From the NCBI GenBank assembly GCA_027923505.1, contig BROI01000011.1, forward strand, positions 124,001 to 188,000: a DNA stretch of 64,000 nt. Direction: 5' to 3'. The notes under the pieces were generated by a model. The model made no database searches. It was not told the DNA's origin and worked only from the letters and a program-made list of their open reading frames with translations. Positions 37,101 through 49,491 of this stretch are shown one piece after another. Made by a program: the position numbers and the translations under genes. The DNA comes from Mayamaea pseudoterrestris. Taxonomy: Eukaryota. The number at the start of each line of letters is the position of its first letter. The first letter of the stretch is position 1.

Positions 37101-40100
37101 TGGCAAGCTCAAGTTTTGGGAAAGCTGAGGGAGTAGATGGGCCAAATAGAACAACAGCGCAGTCTATGAATCCAAACCAATCAAACTATGGCTCTGATTG
37201 TCATTTCAGCCAGTGCCACCATTCAACAAGGTATACGTGAGCTACTATGACACATTCAATGTCAGACAACTCATGTGTTCCTGGCAAAACAGGAGTAGAT
37301 ACGCTGTATTTTGTGCAACTGTATGTCACACAGCAGCAGCGGCAGCACCCGCAAAACTTTGGCCATCCCCATCATGTGAAGCATTCCCACCTTTCAAAAA
37401 GCTTTTGGTAAGGTCAATCAACCTCTACAACCTTGGCGGTCATGCAAATCCTTCAAGATTTGGGAGTAGACATGCTTGCTTCCACATAGCTAAGTATCCC
37501 ATACGTCACCACACTACACCACCAGGTCTGCTAGGCATCCCCATCAAATATAATCATTGCCACCATGGGCCAAACTATTGATGAGACCAACAAAACCAAA
37601 CAAACCTGGCAAGCTCAAGTTTTGGGAAAGCTGTGGGAGTAATTGGGCCAAATAGACCAACAGCGCAGTCTATGAATCCAAACCAATCAAAGTATGTATC
37701 TTTTTGTTATTTTTGCCAATGCCACCTTTCAAAAAGGTATACCTGAGGTACTATGACACATTCAATGTTGGACAACTCATGTGTTCCTGGCAAAACAGGA
37801 GTAGATACGCTGTATTTTGTGCGACTGTATGTCACGCAGCAGCAATCGCAGCAGCAATGGCAGCACCCGCAAACTTTGGCCATCCCCATCATGTGAAGCA
37901 TTCACACCTTTCAAAAAGCTTTTGGTATGGTCAATCCACCTCTACAACCTTGGCGGTCATGCAAATCCTTCAAGTTTTGGGAGTAGACATGCGAGCTTCC
38001 ACATAGCTAAGCATCCCATACGTCGCCACACCACACCACACCACCAGCTCCGCTGGGCATCCCCATCAATTACCAACATTGCCACATTGGGCCAAACTAT
38101 CAATGAGGCCTACAAAACCAAACAAACCTGGCAAGCTCAAGTTTTGGGAAAGCTGTGGGAGTAGATGGGCCAAATAGAACAACAGCGCAGTCTATGAATC
38201 CAAACCAATCAAACTATGGCTCTGATTGTCATTTTAGCCAATGCCACCTTTCAACAAGGTATACGTGAGCTACTTTGACACATTCAATGTTGGACAACTC
38301 ATGTGTTCCTGGCAAAACAGGAGTAGATACGCTGTATTCCATGTGACTGTATGTCACACAGCAGCAGCGGCAGCATCCACAGAACTTTGGCCATCCCCAT
38401 CATGTGAAGCATTCCCACCTTTCAAAAAGCTTTTGGTAAGGTCAATCAACCTCTACAACCTTGGCGGTCATGCAAATCCTTCAAGTTTTGGGGTTAGACA
38501 TGCAAGCTTCCACATAGCTAAGTATCCCGTACATTGCCACACCACACCTTGCCACCAGGTCCGTTGGGCATCCCCATCAATCACCAACATAGCAACCATG
38601 GGCCAAACTATCAATGAGGCCTACAAAACCAAACAAACCTGGCAAGCTCAAGTTTTGGGAAAGCTGTGGGAGTAGATGGGCCAAATAGAACAACAGCGCA
38701 GTCTATGAATCCAAACCAAACAAACTATGGCTCTGATTGTCATTTCAGCCAGTGCCACCATTCAACAAGGTATACGTGAGCTACTATGACACATTCAATG
38801 TCAGACAACTCATGTGTTCCTGGCAAAACAGGAGTAGATACGCTGTATTTTGTGCAACTGTATGTCACACAGCAGCAGCAACAGCATCCACAAAACTTTG
38901 GCCATCCCCATCATGTGAAGCATTCCCACCTTTCAAAAAGCTTTTGCTATGGTCAATCAATTTCTACAACCTTGGCGGTCATGCAAATCCTTCAAGTTTT
39001 GGGAGTAGACATGCTAGCTTCCACATAGCTAAGTATCCCATACGTCGCCACACCACACCACACCACCAGGTCCGCTGGGCATCTCCATCAATTACCAACA
39101 TAGCCACCATGGGCCAAACTATCAATGAGACCAACAAAACCAAACAAACCTGGCAAGCTTAAGTTTTGGGAAAGCTGTGGGAGTAGATGGGCCAAATAGA
39201 CCAACAGCGCAGTCTATGAATCCAAACCAATCAAAGTATGTATCTTTTTGTTATTTTTGCCAATGCCACCTTTCAAAAAGGTATACCTGAGGTACTGTGA
39301 CACATTCAATGTTGGACAACTCATGTGTTCCTGGCAAAACAGGAGTAGATACGCTGTATTCCATGTGACTGTATGTCATACAGCAGCAAAGGCAGCACCC
39401 GCAAAACTTTGGCCATCCCCATCATGTGAAGCATTCCCACCTTTCAAAAAGCTTTTGCTATGGTCAATCCACCTCTACAAACTTGGTGGTCATGCAAATC
39501 CTTCAAGTTTTGGGAGTAGACGTGCTAGCTTCCACATAGCTAAGTATCCCATACGTCGCCACACCACACCACACCACCAGGGCCGCTGGGCATCCCCATC
39601 CATTACCAACATTGCCACCATGGGCCAAACTATCAATGAGACCAACAAAACCAAACAAACCTGGCAAGCTTAAGTTTTGGGAAAGCCGTGGGAGTAGATG
39701 GGCCAAATAGAACAACAGCGCAGTCTATGAATCCAAACCAATCAAAGTATGTATCTTTTTGTTATTTTTGCCAATGCCACCTTTCAACAAAGTATACCTG
39801 AGGTACTGTGACACATTCAATGTTGGACAACTTATGTGTTCCTGGCAAAACAGGAGTAGATACGCTGTATTCCATGTGACTGTATGTCATACAGCAGCAG
39901 CAACAGCACCCACAAAACTTTGGCCATCCCCATCATGTGAAGCATTCCCACCTTTCAAAAAGCTTTTGCTATGGTCAATCCACCTCTACAACCTTGGCGG
40001 TCATGCAAATCCTTCAAGTCTTGGGGTTAGACATGCTAGCTTCCATATAGCTAAGTATCCCATAAGTCGCCACACCACACCTTGCTACCAGGTCTGCTGG

Positions 40101-43100
40101 GCATCCCCATCCATTACCAACATTGCCACCATGGGCCAAACTATCAATGAGGCCTACAAAACCAAACAAACCTGGCAAGCTTAAGTTTTGGGAAAGCCGT
40201 GGGAGTAGATGGGCCAAATAGACCAACAGCGCAGTCTATGAATCCAAACCAATCAAAGTATGTATCTTTTTGTTATTTTTGCCAATGCCACCTTTTAACA
40301 AAGTATACCTGAGGTACTGTGACACATTCAATGTTGGACAACTTATGTGTTCCTGGCAAACCAGGAGTAGATACGCTGTATTCCATGTGACTGTATGTCA
40401 TACAGCAGCAGCAACAGCACCCACAAAACTTTGGCCATCCCCATCATGTGAAGCATTCCCACCTTTCAAAAAGCTTTTGCTATGGTCAATCCACCTCTAC
40501 AACCTTGGCGGTCATGCAAATCCTTCAAGTTTTGGGGTTAGACATGCTAGCTTCCACATAGCTAAGTATCCCATACGTCGCCACACCACACCACACCACC
40601 AGGGCCGCTGGGCATCCCCATCCATTACCAACATTGCCACCATGGGCCAAACTATCAATGAAGCCTACAAAACCAAACAAACCTGGCAAGCATAAGTTTT
40701 GGGAAAGCCGTGGGAGTAGATGGGCCAAATAGAACAACAGCGCAGTCTATGAATTTAAACCAATCAAAGTATGTATCTTTTTGTTATTTTTGCCAATGCC
40801 ACCTTTTAACAAGGTATACCTGAGGTACTGTGACACATTCAATGTTCGACAACTCATGTGTTCCTGGCAAAACAGGAGTAGATACGCTGTATTCCATGTG
40901 ACTATGTGTCACGCAGCAGCAGCGGCAGCACCCGCAAAACTTTGGCCATCCCCATGATGTGAAGCATTCCCACCTTTCAAAAAGCTTTTGGTATGGTCGA
41001 TCAACCTCTACAACCTTGGCAGTCATGCAAATCCTTTAAGTTTTGTGAGTAGACATGCTAGCTTCCACATAGCTAAGCATCCCATACGTCGCCACACCAC
41101 ACCACACCACCAGCTCCGCTGGGCATCCCCATCAATTACCAACATTGCCACATTGGGCCAAACTATCAATGAGGCCTACAAAACCAAACAAACCTGGCAA
41201 GCTCAAGTTTTGGGAAAGCTGTGGGAGTAGATGGGCCAAATAGAACAACAGCACAGTCTGTGAATCCAAACCAATCAAACTTTCGCTCTGATTGTCATTT
41301 TAGCCAATGCCACCTTTCAACAAGGTATACGTGAGCTACTATGACACTTTCAATGTTGGACAACACATGTGTTCCTGGCAAAACAGGAGTAGATACGCTG
41401 TATTTTGTGCGACTGTATGTCACGCAGCAGCAGCAGCACCCGCAAAACGTTGGCCATCCCCATCATGTGAAGCATTTTCACCTTTCAATAAGCTTTTGGT
41501 ATGGTCCATCACCCTCTACATCCTTGGTGGGCATGCAAATCCTTCAAGTTTTGGGAGTAGACATGCTAGCTTCCACATAACTAAGTATCCCATACGTCGC
41601 CACACCACACCTCGCCACCAGGTCTGCTGGGCATCCCCATCAATTACCAACATAGCCACCATGGGCCAAACTATCAATGAGGCCTACAAAAACAAACAAA
41701 CCTGGCAAACTCAAGTTTTGGGAAAGCTGTGGGAGTAGATGGGCCAAATAGACCAACAGCGCAGTCTATGAATCCAAACTAAACAAACTATGGCTTTGAT
41801 TGTCATTTTAGCCAATGCCACCTTTTGACAAGATATACGTGAAGTACTATGATACATTCAATGTCGGACAACTCATGTGTTCCTGGCAAAACAGGAGTAG
41901 ATACGCTGTATTCCATGTGACTGTATGTCACGCAGCAGCAGCAGCAACAGCATCCACAGAACTTTGGCCATCCCCATCATGTGAAGCATTCCCACCTTTC
42001 AAAAAGCTTTTGGTATGGTCAATCAACCTCTACAACCTTGGTGGTCGTGCAAATCCTTCAAGTTTTGGGAGTAGACATGCTAGCTTCCACATAGCTAAGT
42101 ATCCCGTACATTGCCACACCACACCACCAGGTCCGCGGGGCATCCCCATCAAATAAAAACAATGCCACCATGGGCCAAACTATCAATGAGACCAACAAAA
42201 CCAAACAAACCTGGCAAGCTCAAGTTTTAGGAAAGCCGTGGGAGTAGATGGGCCAAATAGAACAACAGCGAAGTATATAAATCCAAACCAATCAAACTAT
42301 GGCTCTGATTGTCATTATAGCCGTTGCCACCTTTTGACAAGATATACGTAAAGTACTATGACACATTCAATGTTGGACAACTCATGTGTTCCTGGCAAAA
42401 CAGGAGTAGATACGCTGTATTCCATGTGACTGTATGTCATACAGCAGCAGCAACAGCAGCCACAAAACTTTGGCCATCCCCATCATGTGAAGCGTTCCCA
42501 CCTTTCAAAAAGCTTTTGCTATGGTCAATCAACCTCTACAACCTTGGCGGTCATGCAAATCCTTCAAGTTTTGGGAGTAGACATGCTAGCTTCCACATAG
42601 CTAAGTATCCCGTACGTCGCCACACCACACCTCGCCACCAGGTCTGCTGGGCATCCCCATCAATTACCAACATAGCCACCATGGGCCAAACTATCAATGA
42701 GGCCTACAAAAACAAACAAACCTGGCAAACTCAAGTTTTGGGAAAGCTGTGGGATGGGAGTAGATGGGCCAAATAGAACAACAGCGCAGTCTATGAATCC
42801 AAACCAAACAAACTATGGCTCTGATTGTCATTTTAGCCTATGCAACCTTTCAACAAGGTAAGCGTGAGCTACCATGACACATACAATGTTGGACAACTCA
42901 TGTGTTCCTGGCAAAACAGGAGTAGATACTCTGTATTCCATACAACTGCATCTGTATGTCACGCAGCAGCAGCGGCAGCACCTGCAGAACTTAGGCCCTC
43001 CCCATCATGTGAAGCATTCCCACCTTTCAAAAAGCTTTTGGTACGGTCAATCAACCTCTACAACCTTGGTGGTCATGCAAATCCTTCAAGTTTTGGGAGT

Positions 43101-44210
43101 AGACATGCTAGCTTCCACATAGCTAAGTATCCCGTACATTGCCACACCACACCTTGCCACCAGGTCCGTTGGGCATCCCCATCAATCACCAACATAGCAA
43201 CCATGGGCCAAACTATCAATGAGGCCTACAAAACCAAACAAACCTGGCAAGCTCAAGTTTTGGGAAAGCTGTGGGAGTAGATGGGCCAAATAGAACAACA
43301 GCGCAGTCTATGAATTTAAACCACTCAAACTATGGCTCTGATTGTCAATTTAGCCAATGCCACCATTCAACAAGGTAAGCGTGAGCTACCATGACACATA
43401 CAATGTTGGACAACTCATGTGTACCTGGCAAAACAGGAGTAGATACGCTGTATTTTGTGCGACTGTATGTCACGCAGCAGCAGCGGCAGCACCCGCAAAA
43501 CTTTGGCCATCCCCATCATGTGAAGCATTCCCACCTTTCAATAAGCTTTTGGTATGGTCCATCACCCTCTACAACCTTGGTGGGCATGCAAATCCTTGAA
43601 GTTTTGGAAATAGACATGCTAGCTTCCACATAGCTAAGTATCCCATACGTTGCCACACCACACCTCACCACCAGGTCCGCTGGGCATCCCCATCAATTAC
43701 CAACATAGCCACCATGGGCCAAACTATCAATGACGCCTACAAAACTAAACAAACCTCGCAAGCTCAGGTTTTGGGAAAGCTGTGGGAGTAGATGGGCCAA
43801 ATAGAACAACAGCACAGTTGATGAATCCAAACCAATCAAACTTTGGCTCTGATTGTCATTTTAGCTGATTGTCATTTTAGCCAACACCACCTTTCAACAA
43901 GGTATACATGAGGTACTTTGACCCATACAATGATGGACAACTCATGTGATCCTGGCAAAACAGGAGTAGATACGCTGTATTTTGTGCAACTGTATGTCAC
44001 AGAGCAGCAGTGGCTTCACCCACAAAACTTTGGCCATCCCTATCATGTGAAGCATTCCCACCTTTCAAAATGCTTTTGGTATGGTCAATCAACCACTACA
44101 ACCTTGGCGGCCATGCAAATCCTTCAAGTTTTGGGAGTAGACATGCTAGCTTCCACATAGCTAAGTATCCCGTACACCGCCACACCACACCACCAGGTTC
44201 GCTGGGCATC
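34130..44210 (+). repeat. Satellite array B: ~511-bp unit, ~18 full copies plus ~2 degenerate 5' copies
   Basis: GGAGTAGATGGGCCA recurs at ~511-bp spacing (35078, 35589...); units are more diverged than in array A. Confidence 0.98.
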
Positions 44211-44510
44211 AGACAGTCCTATTGGCAGGACTTGGAGACTAGATAGGCTAGTGATGAATGCATTGCACGTTCTACATTATGAGACAATACCTGTTAACTG
44301 ACAGCTATCAACTTGCACCTCTCTGGCCGTTGGAGTGGGTTATGGCAGCCTGCTACTGTGGACAAGCCCGGGGCCATGGAATTCAGGCAGTCCCTGTGGC
44401 AGAACTTGAGACTAGATGGGCTAGTAATCAGCGCATTGTACTTTCTGTATCATGAAACAATGCCGGTCAACTGCCAGCTTTCAATCTATACCTCTCTGGC
44501 CATTGGAGTG
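44210..44510 (+). repeat. Diverged ~174-bp dimer fused to the right end of array B
   Basis: CAGTCC at 44214/44388 and CCTCTCTGGCC at 44318/44491, collinear in between. Confidence 0.8.
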
Positions 44511-44652
44511 ATGGGCGACCGTAGGGCAATCGAACGAAAGTCGCAATATCGTACCGTGACTCGCTTTTAGTCATTCGCCACGCAAAAATGGCACGGGCGA
44601 AGAACGACCATGGCGACCATACCGATTATTCTGCCGACGACAATCACCCAAT

Positions 44653-45537
44653 ATGAGCGACCCTAGAGCTTCGATGCATCATTCACATACAGATACAACT
44701 GCATTTAATACAAGCAGAGATGTAGCTACTGTGTCATGTAGTCCGCTGACGAGCGCATCGAGTACCCAAGCCGTCTCACCAAGAGCAGCACCTACATCAT
44801 TCATATTCGCCTACGGCTCGCTCATTTGTCCTCATAGTCGCGCCTTGACAGCTCCATCCATGGCGAACGTGCAAGCCATTCCAGTCCGCGTCTCTCACTT
44901 GGAGCGCCATTTCAGCATGCCGACTGGATCATGGACCGCCATGGGCGTCAGGTATCGACGCCACGCCACCTGCGTTGGCGTTTTGCTCGCAGTGACCAAG
45001 CAGGAGCTCCGACGGTTCGACAAGCGCGAGCTTGGTTATGATCGCAATCTACTTCCGCCGGAGCATGTCGAGTATTTGGAAAATGATGGTAATGTTCAGC
45101 AGCAGCATATGGATGCAGAATCTGCACCGCCCAAACTAATTTGGGTCTACATTCAGCAACGGCACGTTCCGCCGTCAATACGAAACCCCATTGCGCAAAG
45201 CTACGTTGACATTATACTGCGCGGGTGTTTGACCATTTCCGAAGATTTCGCCAAGGAATTCATCTTGACGACGGGTGGATGGTACATTGCTAGTGGCGAT
45301 GCGGCTACATATAAGATTTTCGATGCGAAACAACCTGCAACTGCTACATTCGACCGAGCCACGGCAAACGGCGAGCGGCAGCAGATGCAAGTACATTGGG
45401 TGAATGATCGGCACGATCCTCTCTACATTCGGGCCGACGCTGAGTATTCGATGCAAGCCGCTCGCGTTTTGGATGCATTGCTGCAGCTGCTCGTACCGCT
45501 GGCCATGGAGCGCCGAAAAGTGTATGGAAAATCTTGA
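44653..45537 (+). CDS. Gamma-glutamylcyclotransferase-like (GGCT/ChaC fold) protein
   Basis: FAYGSL motif, FDKRELGYDR, and QSYVDIILRGC. Confidence 0.75.
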   Translation: MSDPRASMHHSHTDTTAFNTSRDVATVSCSPLTSASSTQAVSPRAAPTSFIFAYGSLICPHSRALTAPSMANVQAIPVRVSHLERHFSMPTGSWTAMGVRYRRHATCVGVLLAVTKQELRRFDKRELGYDRNLLPPEHVEYLENDGNVQQQHMDAESAPPKLIWVYIQQRHVPPSIRNPIAQSYVDIILRGCLTISEDFAKEFILTTGGWYIASGDAATYKIFDAKQPATATFDRATANGERQQMQVHWVNDRHDPLYIRADAEYSMQAARVLDALLQLLVPLAMERRKVYGKS

Positions 45538-45956
45538 CTATGACGCTATCATGCATTTGACAACGGTTATACAACTTGACAGCATGATTTTGTGCTTTTT
45601 GACGCAGCGCAGGCATCTATCATTTGTGACAATGACTGCACAAGATCTTGCTTCAGCTTCATCTGACGCAATGGCACCGCGATTGTTAGCGCTGACTATC
45701 TAAATTAAACAATTTATGTTCGCGTACACACAATGTATAATTTGGTATTGGAAGCCCTTGATGTTTGTACGCGTAGCTCCTTTGAACAGCAGTGAATAAT
45801 CAATCAAGTACCGGTCCGTCATTAATATCGATACGACATATTTCCGACGTGTTGGAACGACATCCATCACTCCTTTTTCTTGCCGACATTTCATCACATC
45901 CATCGCACCTTTATACAAATTCTTCAGCTCCAGTCAGGCCACTGATATATTTCATC

Positions 45957-47306
45957 ATGACAGCGAACAAAGTGGGTTTGGATCAAAGCAGTGAACCCAT
46001 CCGAGCAGTAGTAGTCACTGACGCCAGTGCCGAAGAACAATCGTCGTCACACACGGACGATGCAGGTCAAGCTGCTGCTGCCGATGACGACGACAAGGTA
46101 GAAGCTTCGTTCCAAAACGAAAATGAGTGGGAAGATTCCTTCCTAGACTTTGCGCAAAGCAAACATCCTGTCACTGGAAAGTTTGTCATGACGATGGAGC
46201 GGCTACTCTGGCTGCAAAGGCAAGAAGCTGCGTATGCACATCGTCAGCATGCCTTGTCGGACGATCGATTGCGAAAGCTTCAAAGTCTCGGGTTCTTTGC
46301 GAAGGACAAGTCTCTATCACCGTCATCGCCTGTAATGACGACTAAAACAGCGTCTTTGGCCGGAGCTACACCAGTGCTGTCAACGACAGCGCCATCCATT
46401 CACCATGCTTCGACAAGCAAGAAAGTGACAGATGACATGAAGAAAGTGACAGATGACATGAAGAGTGGTCACAATGCTACTGTGCAGAGTATGAAACGAG
46501 TGCGTTCGGAATCTGATGCTGACGGCCAAGCTCGCCCATCAAAAGCTGCCTGTTTGGCTCTTGACACTAGCGAGAAAGACGCGGGAAAGCCACTAAATGT
46601 CTCAAATGATTTCACCTCGGTGATGGCTAAATCTGCTACAACCTTAGTTTTGACTCCGGAAATACAGCGTCTCATAAAGCTACAGCAGCTAGTTACGAGC
46701 TTTGCTGCGTCCGCTAGACCTGGTGACAAAGCGTATGTTGGGATTGGTCTCACCAACCTTGAACGCCATTTCGTCAGGGATGAATTGAAAAAATACGGTT
46801 CTGACTTTTGCGTGAATCTGAAAGGTAATCTTGTTGAGATTGCATTAAATGCTTCATTGAACGAGGGACCAGGCTTGGTGACTTGTCCGACACAATCGGA
46901 CTCGTCATCCCATACCTTATCGCGAACAGGCAATGGTGCCCAAATTTGGGTTGTAAACAGTCAATATAAAAAACGATTCCACAAGTACCAATCCATGCCC
47001 AAGCCATCCAGTATTGGAGCTATGCCCTCGGTTGAGCGCAACGGGCAAAAACGGCCAATGTGCATCTCCTATCATGTCCGAGGCCAATGTAGCGCCAGTT
47101 GTAAACGGAGCTACGATCATAAACTCCACTCTTTGGAGGAGGACGAGCAATTGGCGAGCTGGTGTGCGCAAGCATTTACTTTCAAGCATGTTGTGATGGC
47201 TCCGGTCAGGTCGAGCACGCAACCAGTCAAAGATTTTGCCACGTTGCTCGACGAGCTTGCCGCAAAAAGCGCTGGCGAACACAGTGAGAAAGAATCGTGC
47301 AGTTAA
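45957..47306 (+). CDS. Hypothetical protein with helicase-associated (HA)-like, R3H-like and CCCH-like segments
   Basis: WLQRQ..LSDDRLRKLQSLGF (HA-like); LTNLERHFV (R3H-like); CISYHVRGQCSASCKRSYDH (zinc finger-like). Confidence 0.6.
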   Translation: MTANKVGLDQSSEPIRAVVVTDASAEEQSSSHTDDAGQAAAADDDDKVEASFQNENEWEDSFLDFAQSKHPVTGKFVMTMERLLWLQRQEAAYAHRQHALSDDRLRKLQSLGFFAKDKSLSPSSPVMTTKTASLAGATPVLSTTAPSIHHASTSKKVTDDMKKVTDDMKSGHNATVQSMKRVRSESDADGQARPSKAACLALDTSEKDAGKPLNVSNDFTSVMAKSATTLVLTPEIQRLIKLQQLVTSFAASARPGDKAYVGIGLTNLERHFVRDELKKYGSDFCVNLKGNLVEIALNASLNEGPGLVTCPTQSDSSSHTLSRTGNGAQIWVVNSQYKKRFHKYQSMPKPSSIGAMPSVERNGQKRPMCISYHVRGQCSASCKRSYDHKLHSLEEDEQLASWCAQAFTFKHVVMAPVRSSTQPVKDFATLLDELAAKSAGEHSEKESCS

Positions 47307-47566
47307 TTTACTACAAATTTACGGCTCCGTCTTCTCGCGTAGTATTGGCACTATTAGCGAAGTTGAAAGCAATACAACACAAACCATAGTCGCTGATATT
47401 GCACCTACCGTACTATACGTTATGTTGTGTGGATTTCATAACCGCAGCGACAGATGAGATCGATCGCCAAAAAGCGACGTGAGGTTCGGAGTTGCTCCGC
47501 AAATCGCAAACAGCAAACATCCACCATCGTTTCAACACGCATAGTAAGCAACACACTAGTCCTATC

Positions 47567-48199
47567 ATGTCATGGTTCAGCAGTTTTAACAATAGTCATC
47601 ATGACGAAGAAGCAGCAATGGCGTATCAGAGTGCAAATCACGACAATATTCCAGTGGCGCATGCCGTCGTCATGACTCCCTCCGACTGTCAAGACCAAGC
47701 TCGACCGCCTCCCATGAATCCTTCGCTGGCGCAACCCTATCGAGCAACAGCTGAAGTCACTTCTTCTAATCCTGGACCTTTTGCATCATCTCTCGATACG
47801 CCGAAACAGCAGTCGCAGCAGCCAGTCAAGGGAAAGGTAATCACCACGAGAACGTACACGATACCAGCCGGAGCTCCATCACCGCACCCCCACACCAACC
47901 AATACATGCCGCAGCAAGCAGCAACATGTGCCAATCTGATTGAATTCACTCGCAATCCGCAAGTACTGGCGCAATGTCCACAATGCAGCGCCTGGAACGC
48001 TCGCACTCGCGTTCGCACCTATCCAAATTGGATGACGTGGGTAGCTTGCGTCTTGCTCGTTTTCATCTTTTGGCCGCTATGCTGGATTCCATTGGCGGTG
48101 GATGCGTTGAAAAGGACGGATCACTACTGCTTGGCGTGCGGCAAGCTGGTTGGAAGCGTTCCTCCCTTTCGCAACATGTGCGTCAAGTCGAGTGTTTGA
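47567..48199 (+). CDS. LITAF-like zinc-ribbon protein
   Basis: Pro-rich N-terminus, then CPQC, a hydrophobic stretch (WPLCWIP) and HYCLAC. Confidence 0.9.
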   Translation: MSWFSSFNNSHHDEEAAMAYQSANHDNIPVAHAVVMTPSDCQDQARPPPMNPSLAQPYRATAEVTSSNPGPFASSLDTPKQQSQQPVKGKVITTRTYTIPAGAPSPHPHTNQYMPQQAATCANLIEFTRNPQVLAQCPQCSAWNARTRVRTYPNWMTWVACVLLVFIFWPLCWIPLAVDALKRTDHYCLACGKLVGSVPPFRNMCVKSSV

Positions 48200-48539
48200 A
48201 AAATATGAACAACGGCACTGTGCTGAGGCATCCTTGTATCGAGGACGCCAGAGCTCTGAAATCGAAAATAAACGGTAGATGGGCAATTAAAATAATCACT
48301 TTTATAGTCGATGATTGCTATCTTAATACAACTTGACAGTCAACGAATGACCGGCAGGATGGCAGGTTCTAACTGTTGCTCGACTAGCAGTACGCTATGT
48401 GTTGATAGCTTTATACTACGACAAAACGATCAAATTCATACCATTGCATGATTTTGGTGATGTAATACTCCAAAACCAGTTAAGTTGTCCTTCTGCAAAA
48501 TATGCAACTGCGTGGACTGGTAAAGTCACGTTTTGCAAT

Positions 48540-49190
48540 CTATTCATCCTCTGGCTCGCTCGACTGCGGCTGCTGCAACAGTAGCGCCTTTTCCCATTCG
48601 GTAAATGTCCTCGTCACTACCAATTCCTCAATGTGTAGTGTTTCCGGATTCACCAAAAACCTCGTCTGTCCCTCCACTGCCATTGGTTCATGGCTGGGAG
48701 TAAGGTTGCAACTGCTACCCGACCACGTTCCCGTTTCGTACCAGTGCGCCACCACCCAGTGCGGTGCGGTCCGTCCGCACTCGGGCCCGTAGTAAAAGTT
48801 GACGCAGCAGTCGGGATGCGCCGCCACAAAGTCCATGCAGCGACTCACCAATGCAGTCGATGGAAACAGTGTGCCGCGACCGTGGCTGCCATTGCTGCTT
48901 GATGCTTTGTCTTGATCGTCTTGCCGCAGTGCGCAAACGTCGTAGATTTTGGCTGAATCGCCAAAGCAGCTGGCAATCATGGACGGATCTTTTTCGTTGA
49001 CTCCTTGAAAGTAGCGTCGCACAGTTTCCTCCATTTGTTGTAGTTTCGCAATGTCCATTGTTGATGACGACGACATTGCTGAAGCGGAGAAAGCAGCGGC
49101 TAGTCGAGTCGTTGCCATGGTGATGCACAATAAAACAACGACACACTTAACATTAAAAGGAAGTAAAGCCCTTGGACCAATCGCCAGCAT
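48540..49190 (-). CDS. SnoaL/NTF2-like domain protein, probably plastid-targeted
   Basis: VRRYFQGVNEKD..CF and AHPD motifs; signal peptide ending AAA-F. Confidence 0.7.
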   Translation of the reverse strand: MLAIGPRALLPFNVKCVVVLLCITMATTRLAAAFSASAMSSSSTMDIAKLQQMEETVRRYFQGVNEKDPSMIASCFGDSAKIYDVCALRQDDQDKASSSNGSHGRGTLFPSTALVSRCMDFVAAHPDCCVNFYYGPECGRTAPHWVVAHWYETGTWSGSSCNLTPSHEPMAVEGQTRFLVNPETLHIEELVVTRTFTEWEKALLLQQPQSSEPEDE

Positions 49191-49491
49191 GGTTGCTACC
49201 GGTAGAAAGAAAAAACTACAAGGAAAGGTAAGGCTGATGGTGATGAAGTCGTCAATTTTTCATGGTGCCGCGAGTGTCAATGTCGAAATCTTCAAAACGT
49301 CACCCACGTCATTCGGTACACTTTCTTCTATTGTGACGTCATTTATATACCAATGCGACACAGCGTGACAGTCGGAAACGGATCGACGATCCATCATCGT
49401 CCACAACTCGCTCCGATCGAATCCAAAGGAAAGATCGCATCGCGCATCCCACCGATTCTCTTGCCTGACTCACAATCATTCGAATTCTTGC

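Noticed and set aside
35161..43599. Tandem ~140-aa ORF (MPPFNKVY...) in each 511-bp unit as a gene array
   Set aside because: Many units have frameshifts, stops or lost ATGs, no domain is recognisable, and the trimer structure explains the unit better.
34130..44210. 5S rRNA, tRNA or snRNA tandem array
   Set aside because: I recognised no such RNA sequence or cloverleaf; a covariance-model search was not possible.
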